A DNA stretch of 56,687 nt from Thermoplasmata archaeon (GTDB taxonomy: Archaea; Thermoplasmatota; E2; JACPAO01; JAHFTW01). The stretch is taken from positions 1-56,687 of the forward strand of contig JAXDQS010000011.1 of assembly GCA_034667725.1 (NCBI GenBank). Reading direction: 5' to 3'. Below are positions 1 to 9,586 of this stretch, one piece after another (positions within the stretch are counted from its first letter, which is position 1; every line of letters begins with the position of its first letter). The position numbers and the translations under genes were made by a program. Under the pieces are notes generated by a model. It made no database searches. It worked only from the letters and a program-made list of their open reading frames with translations, and was not told the DNA's origin.

Positions 1-547
1 CCGCTGTGGCCTGCACAGCGGAGGCGCACCACACCCGATGCACCGGCCGGTCGTGCGGCAAGGTCGGCAGCCCCGCCACGACCTGGCAGTCGAACGCCAC
101 GCCCCACGACAGCCGCAGGCCCGGCAGCAGCCGGTCGTAGTGCCCGCCGCCCCGCCCCAGCCGCGCCCCGTCCGGCCCAAAGGCCACGCCTGGGACGATG
201 GCCAGGTCCACCTCGGCCGGCGGCACGCCCGGCCCCGCCGGCGGCTCCGCCACGCCGAGCGGGCCCGGCCGCAGCTCGGCCCACGACGCCACCGGCCGCA
301 GCACCAGGCGCTGGCCCTCAACGCGCGGGAACAGCACCCGCTTCCCGCCGCGCCAGGCCGCCAAGGTCAGGCCCACCACCGACAGCTCGTGGCCGAGCGC
401 CTTGTAGAGCAGCACCGTCCGCGCCGCCTGCCAGGCCGGATCCGCCTGCACGGCCGCCTGGACAAGCTCCTCCTCCAGCGCCCGCCGGGCCGGTGGCAGC
501 GCCGCCACGGCCGCCACGGCCTGCCGGCGCAGCCCCGCCTTGTCCAC
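1..547 (-). CDS. 5-formyltetrahydrofolate cyclo-ligase (3' end runs off window)
   Basis: Manual translation from GTG at 547: MDKAGLRRQ...VLFPRV...VDLAIVPGVAFGPDGARLGRGGGHYDRLL...LPHDRPV, the family signature; absent from the ORF track because there is no stop in the window. Confidence 0.9.
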   Translation of the reverse strand, partial: MDKAGLRRQAVAAVAALPPARRALEEELVQAAVQADPAWQAARTVLLYKALGHELSVVGLTLAAWRGGKRVLFPRVEGQRLVLRPVASWAELRPGPLGVAEPPAGPGVPPAEVDLAIVPGVAFGPDGARLGRGGGHYDRLLPGLRLSWGVAFDCQVVAGLPTLPHDRPVHRVWCASAVQATA

Positions 548-606
548 GGCGGCGCAACGGGGCGCGCGCCATAAGCTCAAGAGGCCGGCGCCTCCTGGAG
601 CGGCCC

Positions 607-1125
607 ATGCGCAGCGCGCTCCTCCTGCTCGGCCTCCTGCTGCTCTCCGGATGCAGCGGCGACCTCGCGACCGACGCCCCCTCCACGACGGACGGCATGA
701 CGACGGACGCGGACGGCAACGTGGTCCCCGTGGAGGACGCCCAGGAGCCGCCGGTCGAGACGGGCGAGCCCGTCGCCATCGAGGAGACCTTGGACCTCAC
801 CCAGCCGGGCAGCTACGACCAGAGCTGGGTGGTCAAGAACGGCTACCGCGTCTTCCGCGTCACCGTCGAGACCCAAGGCGCCCAAGGCACCCCCGCGCAC
901 GCCGTCAACGGCCTCGGCTACCGCCTCACCGGCGGCACCCCGGTCCAGACGGTGGCGCAGGCCGACCCCGCGACCGTGGGCCTCAACGCCGGCTCGCCGG
1001 GCTGCGTGGTCTGCTTCGACGGCGGCGGCCAGGACCCCAACGCCATGGCCGGCTCCTGGGCCTTCCACATGGAGTGGAGCGCCAGCGTGGCCTCGGCCCA
1101 GGTGCGCATCGAGGTCACGTACTAG
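607..1125 (+). CDS. hypothetical lipoprotein
   Basis: MRSALLLLGLLLLSGC lipobox, Thr/acidic linker, beta-rich body. Confidence 0.75.
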   Translation: MRSALLLLGLLLLSGCSGDLATDAPSTTDGMTTDADGNVVPVEDAQEPPVETGEPVAIEETLDLTQPGSYDQSWVVKNGYRVFRVTVETQGAQGTPAHAVNGLGYRLTGGTPVQTVAQADPATVGLNAGSPGCVVCFDGGGQDPNAMAGSWAFHMEWSASVASAQVRIEVTY

Positions 1126-1162
1126 GCGAAACCGTCATAGCGCAGGCCCAAGTCGCGGGCCC

Positions 1163-2245
1163 ATGGGACAGAACGGCGGGGACCTGTTGGCGGGCTACGA
1201 CGCCAAGGACCTCACCATCGCGACCGCGGTCAGCCACTCCAGCCTCCAGATCTTCCACGGCGCCAAGCTGGAGGGCTTCCGCACGCTCGCCATCGCGGCG
1301 GGCGACCGCGACGTGCGCTACTACGACGCCTTCCCGCGGGCCAAGCCCGACCGGATGCTCAAGCTGCCCCGCTACCACGACCTCTTGGGCCTGGCGGAGG
1401 AGCTGCGGGAGGACAACGTCGTCCTCGTCCCGCATGGTTCCCTCGTCGAATACCTGGGGCCGGACAACTACATCGACATCGGCTTGCCCATCTACGGCAA
1501 CCGCAAGGTGCTGCACTGGGAATCCAACCGCGACAAGCAGCGCGAGTGGCTGGAGGCGGCCGGCATCCGGATGCCCCGCAAGATCGACGACCCCAAGGAC
1601 ATCGTCGAGCCGGTCATCGTCAAGTACCACGGCGCCAAGGGCGGGCGGGGCTTCTTCATCGCCAAGTCCTACCACGACTTCAAGCGCCACATCCAGGAAG
1701 GGCAGCCCTACACTATCCAGGAGTTCATCCTGGGCACGCGCTACTACCTGCACTACTTCTTCAGCCCCCTCGTGCCCGGCGGGTTCGAGGTGCGCCTCAA
1801 GGACCGCGCCACCGGCCAGCTCCAGATGCTCTCCATCGACCGGCGCGACGAGTCCAACATCGACGAGATGAACCGCCTCGGCTCCCTCAAGGACATGGAC
1901 GAGATCGGCATCGCCCCGACCTTCGTGGTCACCGGCAACATCCCGATGGTCATCCGCGAGTCGCTCCTGCCCGAGGTGTTCCGCATGGGCGAGAAGGTCG
2001 TGCAGGAGTCCTACGAGCGGTTCGGCGGCCTGTGGGGCCCCTTCTGCCTGGAGACGGTCGTGACCGACCAGCTCGAGTTCCGCGTCTTCGAGATTTCCGC
2101 CCGCATCGTGGCCGGCACCAACCCGTTCGTCGGCGGCTCGCCCTACTCCGAGATGGTCGAGCCGGGCCTCAGCACGGGTCGGCGCATCGCGCAGGAGATC
2201 AAGCGCGCGGCCGCGGCGGGTCGGCTCAAGGACATCCTGACTTAG
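1163..2245 (+). CDS. purP: PurP-family ATP-grasp ligase (formate-dependent FAICAR synthetase-like)
   Basis: SHSSLQIFHGAKLEGFRT, VPHGSLVEY, KGGRGFF, DRRDESNID, GPFCLE, FEISARIVAGTN. Confidence 0.9.
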   Translation: MGQNGGDLLAGYDAKDLTIATAVSHSSLQIFHGAKLEGFRTLAIAAGDRDVRYYDAFPRAKPDRMLKLPRYHDLLGLAEELREDNVVLVPHGSLVEYLGPDNYIDIGLPIYGNRKVLHWESNRDKQREWLEAAGIRMPRKIDDPKDIVEPVIVKYHGAKGGRGFFIAKSYHDFKRHIQEGQPYTIQEFILGTRYYLHYFFSPLVPGGFEVRLKDRATGQLQMLSIDRRDESNIDEMNRLGSLKDMDEIGIAPTFVVTGNIPMVIRESLLPEVFRMGEKVVQESYERFGGLWGPFCLETVVTDQLEFRVFEISARIVAGTNPFVGGSPYSEMVEPGLSTGRRIAQEIKRAAAAGRLKDILT

Positions 2246-3345
2246 GCTGCCGTGATGGTGCCCGTCATCGACGGGTGGATGCCGCACTTCATGGTGTAGC
2301 TGCCGGCGGGCAGGCTGATGGCCGCCGGGAAGGTGTAGGTGGCGCCCGCGATGATGTTGCTGCTGGAGTGCGCCTTGCCTTCGATGAGCCAGGAGTGGGT
2401 CACGGCGTCGTTGTTGGTGATCTTGAAGGTGATGGGGCGGTCCTTCGGGACCTCCATGGCGCCGTAGAGGGTCGAGCCGGGGTCGAACGAGTTGATGCCG
2501 CCGCCGTTGTTCTCGATGCTGACCTCTAGCAGCACGCCGGTCTTCTGGGTGGCGTCCGTGGTCGAGGCGTTGTTGCACGGCGACGTCAGGAAGATGCGGT
2601 AGTGGTAGTCCTTGTTCGCGTCGAGGCCGGCCAGGGTCACGCTCTTGGCGCCAGTGCCAGTGATCTCCGGCGTGGCGGTGTCGAGGGCGGTGGTCAGGCC
2701 GTACTCGACGTGGCTCTTGGCGTCGGCCGGGCCCGCCACGGTCCAGGAGACGGTGAAGCGGTCGTGCGAGACGGCCGTGACCGCGACGCCGCTGATGCCG
2801 AGCGCGACGGTGGCGGTGCGGAAGCCGAGGGGGGCGCTCGTCACGCTGTTGCCCGACGGGTCGGCGGCCATGACGCGGAACTTGTAGTCGGTGCAGGAGG
2901 CGAGGTCGGTGAGCGGCTGGGCCTTGTCGCCGCTGCCCAGGTGGACGGCGCTCCGGAGGCTGAAGGAGGCGGGCGGGTCGGCGCCGTACTCGACGCGGCT
3001 CTGGACGCCGTCCTGGTCGTCGGTGACGTTCCAGGTGATGGTGGCGCCGTTGGCGGTGATGCCGGTGACGGCGACCAGGTCGAGCACGGGCGGCGGCGAC
3101 GGCGGCTGCACGGGGCCGGTGGAGGTGCTGGTGGACGAGGAGGAGCCGGTGACCGTGGTGGTGACGCTCTTGGTGGTCGTCTGGGTCTGCGTCTGGGTGA
3201 CGGTGGAGGTCGTGCCCCCTGCGCCGGTGGTCGTCGCCGTGGTCTCGGTCCCCGTGGTGGTGGAGGAATCGGGGTCGGAGCCGGAGCAGCCCGCGAGGGC
3301 CGTCAGCACGAGGACGCTGGCGAAAGCCAGTGCGCGCAAGGTCAT
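2242..3345 (-). CDS. lipoprotein with two FN3-like domains and C-terminal cupredoxin domain
   Basis: LAGC lipobox, Thr-rich linker, two 'ITW...VEYG...Y.FR' FN3-like repeats, H...CGIHPSM type-1 copper motif. Confidence 0.8.
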   Translation of the reverse strand: MTLRALAFASVLVLTALAGCSGSDPDSSTTTGTETTATTTGAGGTTSTVTQTQTQTTTKSVTTTVTGSSSSTSTSTGPVQPPSPPPVLDLVAVTGITANGATITWNVTDDQDGVQSRVEYGADPPASFSLRSAVHLGSGDKAQPLTDLASCTDYKFRVMAADPSGNSVTSAPLGFRTATVALGISGVAVTAVSHDRFTVSWTVAGPADAKSHVEYGLTTALDTATPEITGTGAKSVTLAGLDANKDYHYRIFLTSPCNNASTTDATQKTGVLLEVSIENNGGGINSFDPGSTLYGAMEVPKDRPITFKITNNDAVTHSWLIEGKAHSSSNIIAGATYTFPAAISLPAGSYTMKCGIHPSMTGTITAA

Positions 3346-3399
3346 GGCGGGCTTGGCGTGCCACTCAAGGCACTTAGCGTTTTCGAAGCCGCCCTTGAA

Positions 3400-3591
3400 C
3401 TATCGAAGGTTCCAGTAGGCAATCAGGCCGAAGCCCAGCGCCACCATGGCCAGCGTGATCCAGGAACCCCACTTCAGCACCAGCGCGCGCCGCCGGGCCT
3501 CGTCGGAATCCGCCGCGAGCGCGTCCGCCGGCGGCAGGTAAGGGTCGTACTTGCTCCAAGGCACGCGGCCATCGACGCCGCCGCAAGCCAA
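3400..3591 (-). CDS. small single-pass membrane protein (start uncertain)
   Basis: C-terminal hydrophobic helix WITLAMVALGFGLIAYW; fills the gap between genes. Confidence 0.5.
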   Translation of the reverse strand: MACGGVDGRVPWSKYDPYLPPADALAADSDEARRRALVLKWGSWITLAMVALGFGLIAYWNLR

Positions 3592-3605
3592 AAGGCCCCC
3601 ACCTG

Positions 3606-4307
3606 GTGCCGGGCCCTGTGCTGACGGTCATCCTGGCGGACGCCGAGGTCGAGCTGGTCCCCCAGGACATCGCGGGCCACCCGGCCATCCGCGAGCCGGC
3701 CCGCGTCGCAGGCCGCAAGCCCACCGAGATGCTGCTCGACCAGAACAGCCACGGCGCCGCCATGGGCCGGATGACGGACGGCAAGCGCCGCGGCCGCCCC
3801 GACATCGTCCACTACTGCCTCCTGACCCTGCTGGAGTCGCCCCTGTGCAAGGCCGGCGGCCTCCGGGTCTCGGTCCACACCCGCCACGGCGAGCTCGTCC
3901 AGGTCCGCAGCGACACCCGCCTGCCCCGCGGCGAGGCGCGCTTCCAGGGCCTGCTGGCGAAGGTGCTGCGCGAGGGCGCCAGCCACGACAAGCAGCCGCT
4001 TTTGTGGAGCGAAGGCCAAGCCGGCCCGGCCGACATCCTGGCGAAGATGGCGCGCGGCCCGGTGGTGCGGCTCGACGAAGGCGGCACGCCGCTTGCGCCC
4101 GCCCGCCTCGCGGAGCTGGGCCAGGACCTGACGGTGGTCCTGGGCGCGTTCCCGTCCGGCGGCTTCTCGGAGGCATGGCTGGCCGCGGCGCCCGAGGCCG
4201 TGTCTCTGTGGCCGGAGCCGCTCAACGCCTGGGCGGTCGCAGGCGAGGTCGTGGCCGCCCACCGCGCCAAGTGGGGGCCCGAGCAGCCCGCCAAGCCCCA
4301 ACCTTGA
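3606..4307 (+). CDS. nep1: 16S rRNA pseudouridine methyltransferase Nep1/Emg1
   Basis: LLDQNSH...RGRPDIVHYCLLTLLESPL, TRLPR...RFQGL, GAFPSGGF. Confidence 0.9.
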   Translation: MPGPVLTVILADAEVELVPQDIAGHPAIREPARVAGRKPTEMLLDQNSHGAAMGRMTDGKRRGRPDIVHYCLLTLLESPLCKAGGLRVSVHTRHGELVQVRSDTRLPRGEARFQGLLAKVLREGASHDKQPLLWSEGQAGPADILAKMARGPVVRLDEGGTPLAPARLAELGQDLTVVLGAFPSGGFSEAWLAAAPEAVSLWPEPLNAWAVAGEVVAAHRAKWGPEQPAKPQP

Positions 4308-4332
4308 AATCCGTCCCATCCTGGCCGCCTCC

Positions 4333-4929
4333 ATGGAGCGCCGCATCGCCCGGCTGCGCCGCCTCGGCATCCTGTGCGTGGCGGGCACGGTCCTCTTGAT
4401 GACCTTGGGCGCGTGGGTCAAGGCGACCGGCTCGGGCCTGTCGTGCCCGGACTGGCCGGCGTGCTACGGCGAGTGGCTGCCGCCGTTCCCGAGCATGGAG
4501 AACGGCGGCACCGACCCCGACGCGGCCGACCACGCGGACGGCTTCACCCAGGCCCAGGTGCTCTACGAATGGGTCCACCGCGCCGTCGCCGCCTCGCTGG
4601 GCATCCCGGTCCTGCTGCTGTTCCTGGGCACGCGCGCCCAGCCGATCCGGAGCCTGCGCGCCGACCGCCGGCTGCATCCCGGCCTGACGCGCATGGCCGC
4701 CGCCGCCCTTGGCCTCGTTCTGTTCCAGGCGACCTTGGGTGCCATCACGGTGCGCACCGGCAACGTGCCGTGGGCGACGACCGCGCACCTGGTGACGGCG
4801 ACCGCGTTCATCATCGTGCTCACGGTGGCGACCTGCTTCGCCTACCTGCGGCCGCTGGCCGGCTCTGCCCCCCTCTCGGTCTCGCGCGGCCCGGGCTTCG
4901 TCTATCCCGGCGAGGACCGCCATGGGTAG
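4333..4929 (+). CDS. ctaA: heme A synthase, short single-module (4-TM) type
   Basis: GSGLSCPDWPAC, EWVHR, second His in TAHL; overlaps the ctaB-like gene. Confidence 0.85.
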   Translation: MERRIARLRRLGILCVAGTVLLMTLGAWVKATGSGLSCPDWPACYGEWLPPFPSMENGGTDPDAADHADGFTQAQVLYEWVHRAVAASLGIPVLLLFLGTRAQPIRSLRADRRLHPGLTRMAAAALGLVLFQATLGAITVRTGNVPWATTAHLVTATAFIIVLTVATCFAYLRPLAGSAPLSVSRGPGFVYPGEDRHG

Positions 4930-5806
4930 CGTCTCGGACTACGTCCAGATCAGCAAGCCCCGCATCCTGCTGCTGCTGTTGGTGGTGGCGTGGGCCGCAA
5001 TGTTCGTCGCGGCCCAAGGCGCCCCGCCCTTTGTCGAGTTCGCCGCCGTCACGCTGGCCGGCGCCTTCAGCGTCGCCTCCGCCGGGGCGTTCAACCACGT
5101 GCTGGAGCGCCACCGCGACGCCCGCATGGGCCGCACCTCCCAGCGTCCGGTCGCCTCGGGCCGCCTGACGCCGCGCGCCGCGGCCATCTACGCCTCCGTC
5201 ATGGGCGCCTTGGCGTTCGCCAGCCTTGCCGTGCTGCAACTGTGGCTCGCGGCCGTCCTGACCCTCGGAGCCATCGCCTATTACGTCGTGATCTACACGG
5301 TGCTGCTGAAGCCCTCGACGCCGCAGAACATCGTCATCGGCGGCTTCGCGGGCTCGTTCCCCGCTCTCATCGGCTGGGCCGCCGCGACTGGAGGCCTCGC
5401 CTGGCCGGCCGTCGTCCCTGCCCTCGTCCTGGCCGCCTTGGTGTTCTTCTGGACGCCGCCGCACTTCTGGGCCCTGGCCCTCCTGTACAAGGAAGACTAC
5501 GCCAAGGCGGAGTTCCCGATGATGCCCAACGTCCGCGGCGAGGCCTCGACCCGCCGGCAGATCGTGGCCTACGCCGTCCTGACCGCGGCGTGCAGCCTCG
5601 CCCTCGTGGCCTCGCGCGACGCCGGCCTCGTCTACCTCGGCGCCGCCGTCCTCTTGGGCGCCGTCCTCGTCGTGCGCGCCGTCCGCCTGCTGCCCGGCGC
5701 GACGCCGAAGGCCTACCGGACCTTCTTCCTGTTCACCATCCAGTACCTCGGCGTGCTGCTCCTGGCCCTCATGGTGGACCGGCTGCTGCCCTACGCCGTG
5801 TTCTGA
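4922..5806 (+). CDS. ctaB: protoheme IX farnesyltransferase (heme o synthase)
   Basis: KPRI, DARMGRTSQRP, NIVIGGFAG, WTPPHFWALAL..K.DY. Confidence 0.95.
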   Translation: MGSVSDYVQISKPRILLLLLVVAWAAMFVAAQGAPPFVEFAAVTLAGAFSVASAGAFNHVLERHRDARMGRTSQRPVASGRLTPRAAAIYASVMGALAFASLAVLQLWLAAVLTLGAIAYYVVIYTVLLKPSTPQNIVIGGFAGSFPALIGWAAATGGLAWPAVVPALVLAALVFFWTPPHFWALALLYKEDYAKAEFPMMPNVRGEASTRRQIVAYAVLTAACSLALVASRDAGLVYLGAAVLLGAVLVVRAVRLLPGATPKAYRTFFLFTIQYLGVLLLALMVDRLLPYAVF

Positions 5807-6990
5807 CGCATCGCCATCGTCTCTTGCCCGGTGGCCAGCGCGTGCAGCCGGCCGAGCGTGAGGTCCACCCGCGCGGCGTCGGCCTCCAGGCGGTAGCCGT
5901 CGCCCTCTTGGCCCGGCAGCAGCACCGGCTCGAAGCGGGCGCCCGGCGCGTTGAGGTTTTCGTCGTCGCCCTTGGTGTCGTGCAGCCGGTGGAACATCCC
6001 GACCGGCACGGAGCACATCGCGTACAGCACGGGCTCGGCCACGACGCCGTGCCGGCGCAGCGAGGTCGGCACCGACTCCTGCACGATGATGGCCTCGGTC
6101 TTCTGGCTGCCCTTGCCGCGGTCCATCTCGGCGCGGTTGCGGGCGTTGAGCGACGCCAGGAAGTCGCGGCCCGAGGTCGCGGTCGTGATGGCGCGGCCGT
6201 AGGTCCCCGCGTCGGCCTTCACGAACACCGCCGGCGCCCGCCGGATGCCGTGCTCGGCCTGCTTCTCGGCCACGCGCGCCACCACGGCGTCCACCGCGTC
6301 GGCCACGGCCTCCAGGTTGCGGCGCTCGCGGAAGCCGACGCCGTCGACGGCCGCGAACTCGGCGGACAGCAGCCAGCCGTCGAGGCCGATGCGGTCGCCG
6401 AGTTCGTGCGCGAACCGGTTGGCGATGGCGAAGTGCTCCGACTTGCGGCGGCGGTGCCAGCCCATCGCGAGCGGCGGGTTCACCGGCTGCGCCAGGTCCT
6501 CCAGCTCGGGCGGCACACCGCCGGACAGGTCATGGTTCAGGATGACCAGGTCGGCGCGGCGGCCGTCGGCCCAGAGCGCGTCGCCGCGCCGCTCGACCGC
6601 GTGCAGCCCGGCCGGCACCGGCTCGCCCTGCGTCCGCATCCCGAGCAGCACCTCGTAGCCGGCCGCCTCCAGCACGCCCCGCAGCGCGGCCAGGTGCTCG
6701 TGGTAGGCCAGGTTCCTGGTGTGCGACTCGGCCAGCACGAGGATGAGCTTGGCGCCGGGATGGTTGCGGTGGAGGTAGCCGCGCGCGACGTCGCTTGCGG
6801 CGCGGCGGGCGGCGGGCACCAGGTTGTGGAAGCCGGCGGGGAAGGCGTTGGCGTCGACGATGGCGGCCTTGTCCGCGTTGTGCCGGATGTCCATGCTGGC
6901 GTAGATCGGGCACTTCAGCCGGGCGTCGAGCTCCTCCAGGTAGGCGTGGACCTCGTCGGCGTTCGCGCGCAGCGCCTCCTTCAGCTTCAC
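5791..6990 (-). CDS. gshA: glutamate--cysteine ligase, ATP-grasp-like GshA type
   Basis: PIYASMDIR...AIVDANAFPAGFHNL, LNHDLSGG, GWHRRRKSEHF, VKADAGTYG, EPVLY; GTG start overlaps the asnB stop (GTGA). Confidence 0.8.
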   Translation of the reverse strand: MKLKEALRANADEVHAYLEELDARLKCPIYASMDIRHNADKAAIVDANAFPAGFHNLVPAARRAASDVARGYLHRNHPGAKLILVLAESHTRNLAYHEHLAALRGVLEAAGYEVLLGMRTQGEPVPAGLHAVERRGDALWADGRRADLVILNHDLSGGVPPELEDLAQPVNPPLAMGWHRRRKSEHFAIANRFAHELGDRIGLDGWLLSAEFAAVDGVGFRERRNLEAVADAVDAVVARVAEKQAEHGIRRAPAVFVKADAGTYGRAITTATSGRDFLASLNARNRAEMDRGKGSQKTEAIIVQESVPTSLRRHGVVAEPVLYAMCSVPVGMFHRLHDTKGDDENLNAPGARFEPVLLPGQEGDGYRLEADAARVDLTLGRLHALATGQETMAMRQNTA

Positions 6991-8627
6991 GCCAGCCCCT
7001 CCAACGTGACGCCGCGCGCGTCGCCTTGGTTCTCGACGAAGATGGTGCGCCACAAGTCGAACAGCAGGCACTCGGCGCCGTTCTCGAACGCGCCCGCCAA
7101 CGGATGCGCCGCCACGCGGCCCGGCGGCCGCAGCCGTTCGCCCAGCGCCTCGATGCGCTGCGCGATCGCGGGCGCGGTGGCGCGGCCGGCGGGCACCTTC
7201 GGCCGCCAGGCGAAACCCGGGTGCAGGCCGACGGCGTCGGCGGCCTTCCGCAGCAGCCACTTCTCGGTGCCGTCGCGCCGCTTCTGGCTCCACGCCGCCG
7301 CGTCGCTGGCCTCCTGGAGCCCATGGCTCAGGAACGGCACGCGGACCTCCAGGCCGAACGCCATCGCGTTGCGGTCCACGAGGCGGAGCTGGAAGTGGTC
7401 GAGCTGGGCGCCTTGGTCGAACCGGGCGAGCGCCTCGCCGGAGCCGTGCGTGGCGTCGATGAGGGCCGCCAAGGCGTCGGCGTCCTGCGGCTTGGTGCGC
7501 GCCAGGCGTGCATGGCGAAGCCGCGCGCGGGCCTGCGGGTCGGCGTAGCGCGCGTAGCCGCCCCACAGCTCGTCGGCGCCCTGGCCGCACAAGCCCACCG
7601 TCACGTGCCGCCGCATCCGCTCGAACAGCGGCAGGAAGAACAGCTCGGTGTAGTTGGTGTTCTCCTGGTGGTAGGCGTGCCGGGGCAGCATCGCCGCCGC
7701 CTCGTCGAACGTGAAGGTGGACTCGTGGTGCTCGGTGCCCAGCAGGTCCGCGAGGTGGCGGGCGCGGCGCAGGTCCTCGACCTCGTCGGACTCCGCGATG
7801 GCGAACGTCGGCAGGCCGGGCGAGTTTTGGTTGGCCAAGTGCGCGACCAGGGCGGAGTCCAGGCCGCCGGAGAGGACGATGCCGAGCGGCACGTCGGACT
7901 CCTGCTGCTGCGCGACCGAAGCCTGGATGCGGCGGGAAAGCTCGTGCGCGTCCACGGGGCCGGCGGGCGCAGGCCAAGCGACCTCATGCACCACGGGCTG
8001 GCCGCCAGGCCGCAGTTGCCAGAACGTGCCGGGCGCCACTTGGCCGACGCCCGCGAACAGCGAGCCCGCGAACGGGTCGAACTCGAACACCGCCTGCCGG
8101 CGCACGGCGTCCTCGTCCACCTCGAAGCGGAAGCCCGGATGCGCCGCGAACGCCTTTGCCTCGCTCGCGAACAGCCAGTCGCCCTCGACCCGCGTCACCA
8201 AGAGCGGCTTGACGCCCCACCGGTCGCGTGCCAGCACGGCCTGGCGCTCCTGTCCGTCCCAGAGCACGAACGCATACATTCCCTCCAACAGCGGCAGCAC
8301 CGCCGGCCCCCAGCGCGCCCAGCCTTCCACGAGCACCTCGGTGTCGCTGCGGGTCCGGAACACGACGCCCTCGCGCTCCAGCCGCAGCCGCAAGCCGCGG
8401 TGGTTGTAGATCTCGCCGTTGTACACGATGGTGAAGCGGCCCGAACGGTCCTGCATCGGCTGGGCCCCGGTCGCGAGGTCCAGGACCGCGAGCCGGCGGT
8501 GGCCGAGGGTCGCGCCGGCGTCCGACCACACCTCCTCGCCGTCCGGGCCGCGATGCGCAAGCCGGCCGCACATCCGGCGGGCCAGCGCGCGGTCGTCGCG
8601 CCCGATGAGGCCGGCGATCCCGCACAT
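6987..8627 (-). CDS. asnB: asparagine synthase (glutamine-hydrolysing) family amidotransferase
   Basis: MCGIAG N-terminal nucleophile, HRGPD, HRRLAVLD, YNGEIYN, SDTEV, RDRWGVKPL, LSGGLDS, GQGADE. Confidence 0.92.
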   Translation of the reverse strand: MCGIAGLIGRDDRALARRMCGRLAHRGPDGEEVWSDAGATLGHRRLAVLDLATGAQPMQDRSGRFTIVYNGEIYNHRGLRLRLEREGVVFRTRSDTEVLVEGWARWGPAVLPLLEGMYAFVLWDGQERQAVLARDRWGVKPLLVTRVEGDWLFASEAKAFAAHPGFRFEVDEDAVRRQAVFEFDPFAGSLFAGVGQVAPGTFWQLRPGGQPVVHEVAWPAPAGPVDAHELSRRIQASVAQQQESDVPLGIVLSGGLDSALVAHLANQNSPGLPTFAIAESDEVEDLRRARHLADLLGTEHHESTFTFDEAAAMLPRHAYHQENTNYTELFFLPLFERMRRHVTVGLCGQGADELWGGYARYADPQARARLRHARLARTKPQDADALAALIDATHGSGEALARFDQGAQLDHFQLRLVDRNAMAFGLEVRVPFLSHGLQEASDAAAWSQKRRDGTEKWLLRKAADAVGLHPGFAWRPKVPAGRATAPAIAQRIEALGERLRPPGRVAAHPLAGAFENGAECLLFDLWRTIFVENQGDARGVTLEGLA

Positions 8628-8857
8628 TACCCGAACGTCGCCTCGATGTGCTTGCAGATGGCTTGCAGGTCGTTGGAGCGGAACGGCCCATGCACCAGCA
8701 CGGGGACGGAGTCGCTGCCGAACTTGGCGCGCACCAGGCTGCGGTCCCCGGCCGGCACCACGACAGACTCGAACGGGACGTCATGGGTGCGCAGCAGGCG
8801 CCGGACCAGCCCGCACTCATGGCACTCCAAGGCGTGGTAGAGGATTGGCTGGGCCAT
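8627..8857 (-). CDS. glutaredoxin-like protein
   Basis: 76 aa with CHEC (CxxC) and SVPVL cis-Pro motif; stop overlaps the asnB start. Confidence 0.75.
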   Translation of the reverse strand: MAQPILYHALECHECGLVRRLLRTHDVPFESVVVPAGDRSLVRAKFGSDSVPVLVHGPFRSNDLQAICKHIEATFG

Positions 8858-8880
8858 CAGGGGCGGCGATGGAAATCCGG

Positions 8881-8886
8881 CTTAAG
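8881..8886 (-). promoter_or_regulatory. TATA-like box CTTAAG for the grx-asnB-gshA operon
   Basis: CTTAAG 23 nt upstream of ATG 8857; the same hexamer at similar spacing precedes several genes in the window. Confidence 0.5.
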
Positions 8887-9586
8887 AGGGACGGGATGGG
8901 AGCAGGGCCGGCTTCGGCTCGACGTGCCAGGCCTGGACCGTCCAGGTCGCCCGGCTCGCGGTCGCGACCACGTCGGCGGCGTCCACCACGAGGCGATGCC
9001 CGTAGGCGGGGCTGTCCAGCACGAGGGTCTCGTACTCGCCGCCCTCGCCGGCCACGTGGGGACGGGCGGAGTGGTGGCGCATCGCGTCCAGCTTGGCGGC
9101 GTCGAGGCGGGCGCCCGCCCAGGCGTTGGGGACCCCGTCGGCGGCGGTGCGGCTGAACCGGATGTCCCAGCCGCCGGCCAGCATGGTGCGGACGTAGTGG
9201 GCGGCGTCCTTGTGCCACAGCGGCGTGAAAGACTTGAGGCCAAGCCGATGGCAGGCCAGCTCGATGCGGGTCCGTTGGTACTCGGAGGCCAAGGCGCCCG
9301 ACACCACCCCGTCGAGCCGGAACGCGGCGTGGGCCTGCGCGAGCGCCGCCTGCAAATCCTCGACCTCCTCCTCGGCGCCCTCGCGGACGGGGGCCTCCAA
9401 GAGAGGCAAGCCCAGGCAATGCGCGACGCCCCGCACCACCGGCAGGTTCGGGGTGTGGAACATCCAGGCGTCGTCCGCTGCCGGATGGAGCGCGAGGCCC
9501 GCCACCACCTCCCAGCCGAAGCCGCGCACGGTCTCGACGGCGCACACCGAGTCCTTGCCGCCCGACAGGAGAGCAAGGACGCGCAT
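8882..9586 (-). CDS. dph6: diphthine--ammonia ligase (Dph6 family)
   Basis: MRVLALLSGGKDS PP-loop, MFHTPN, SGALASEYQRTR, PLWH, GEGGEYETLV. Confidence 0.9.
   Translation of the reverse strand: MRVLALLSGGKDSVCAVETVRGFGWEVVAGLALHPAADDAWMFHTPNLPVVRGVAHCLGLPLLEAPVREGAEEEVEDLQAALAQAHAAFRLDGVVSGALASEYQRTRIELACHRLGLKSFTPLWHKDAAHYVRTMLAGGWDIRFSRTAADGVPNAWAGARLDAAKLDAMRHHSARPHVAGEGGEYETLVLDSPAYGHRLVVDAADVVATASRATWTVQAWHVEPKPALLPSRPS

Noticed and set aside
5791-8627. Lasso-peptide or ATP-grasp RiPP cluster
   Set aside because: AsnB has an intact Ntn glutaminase domain, no leader peptidase or precursor is adjacent, and the PqqD-like gene is 25 kb away
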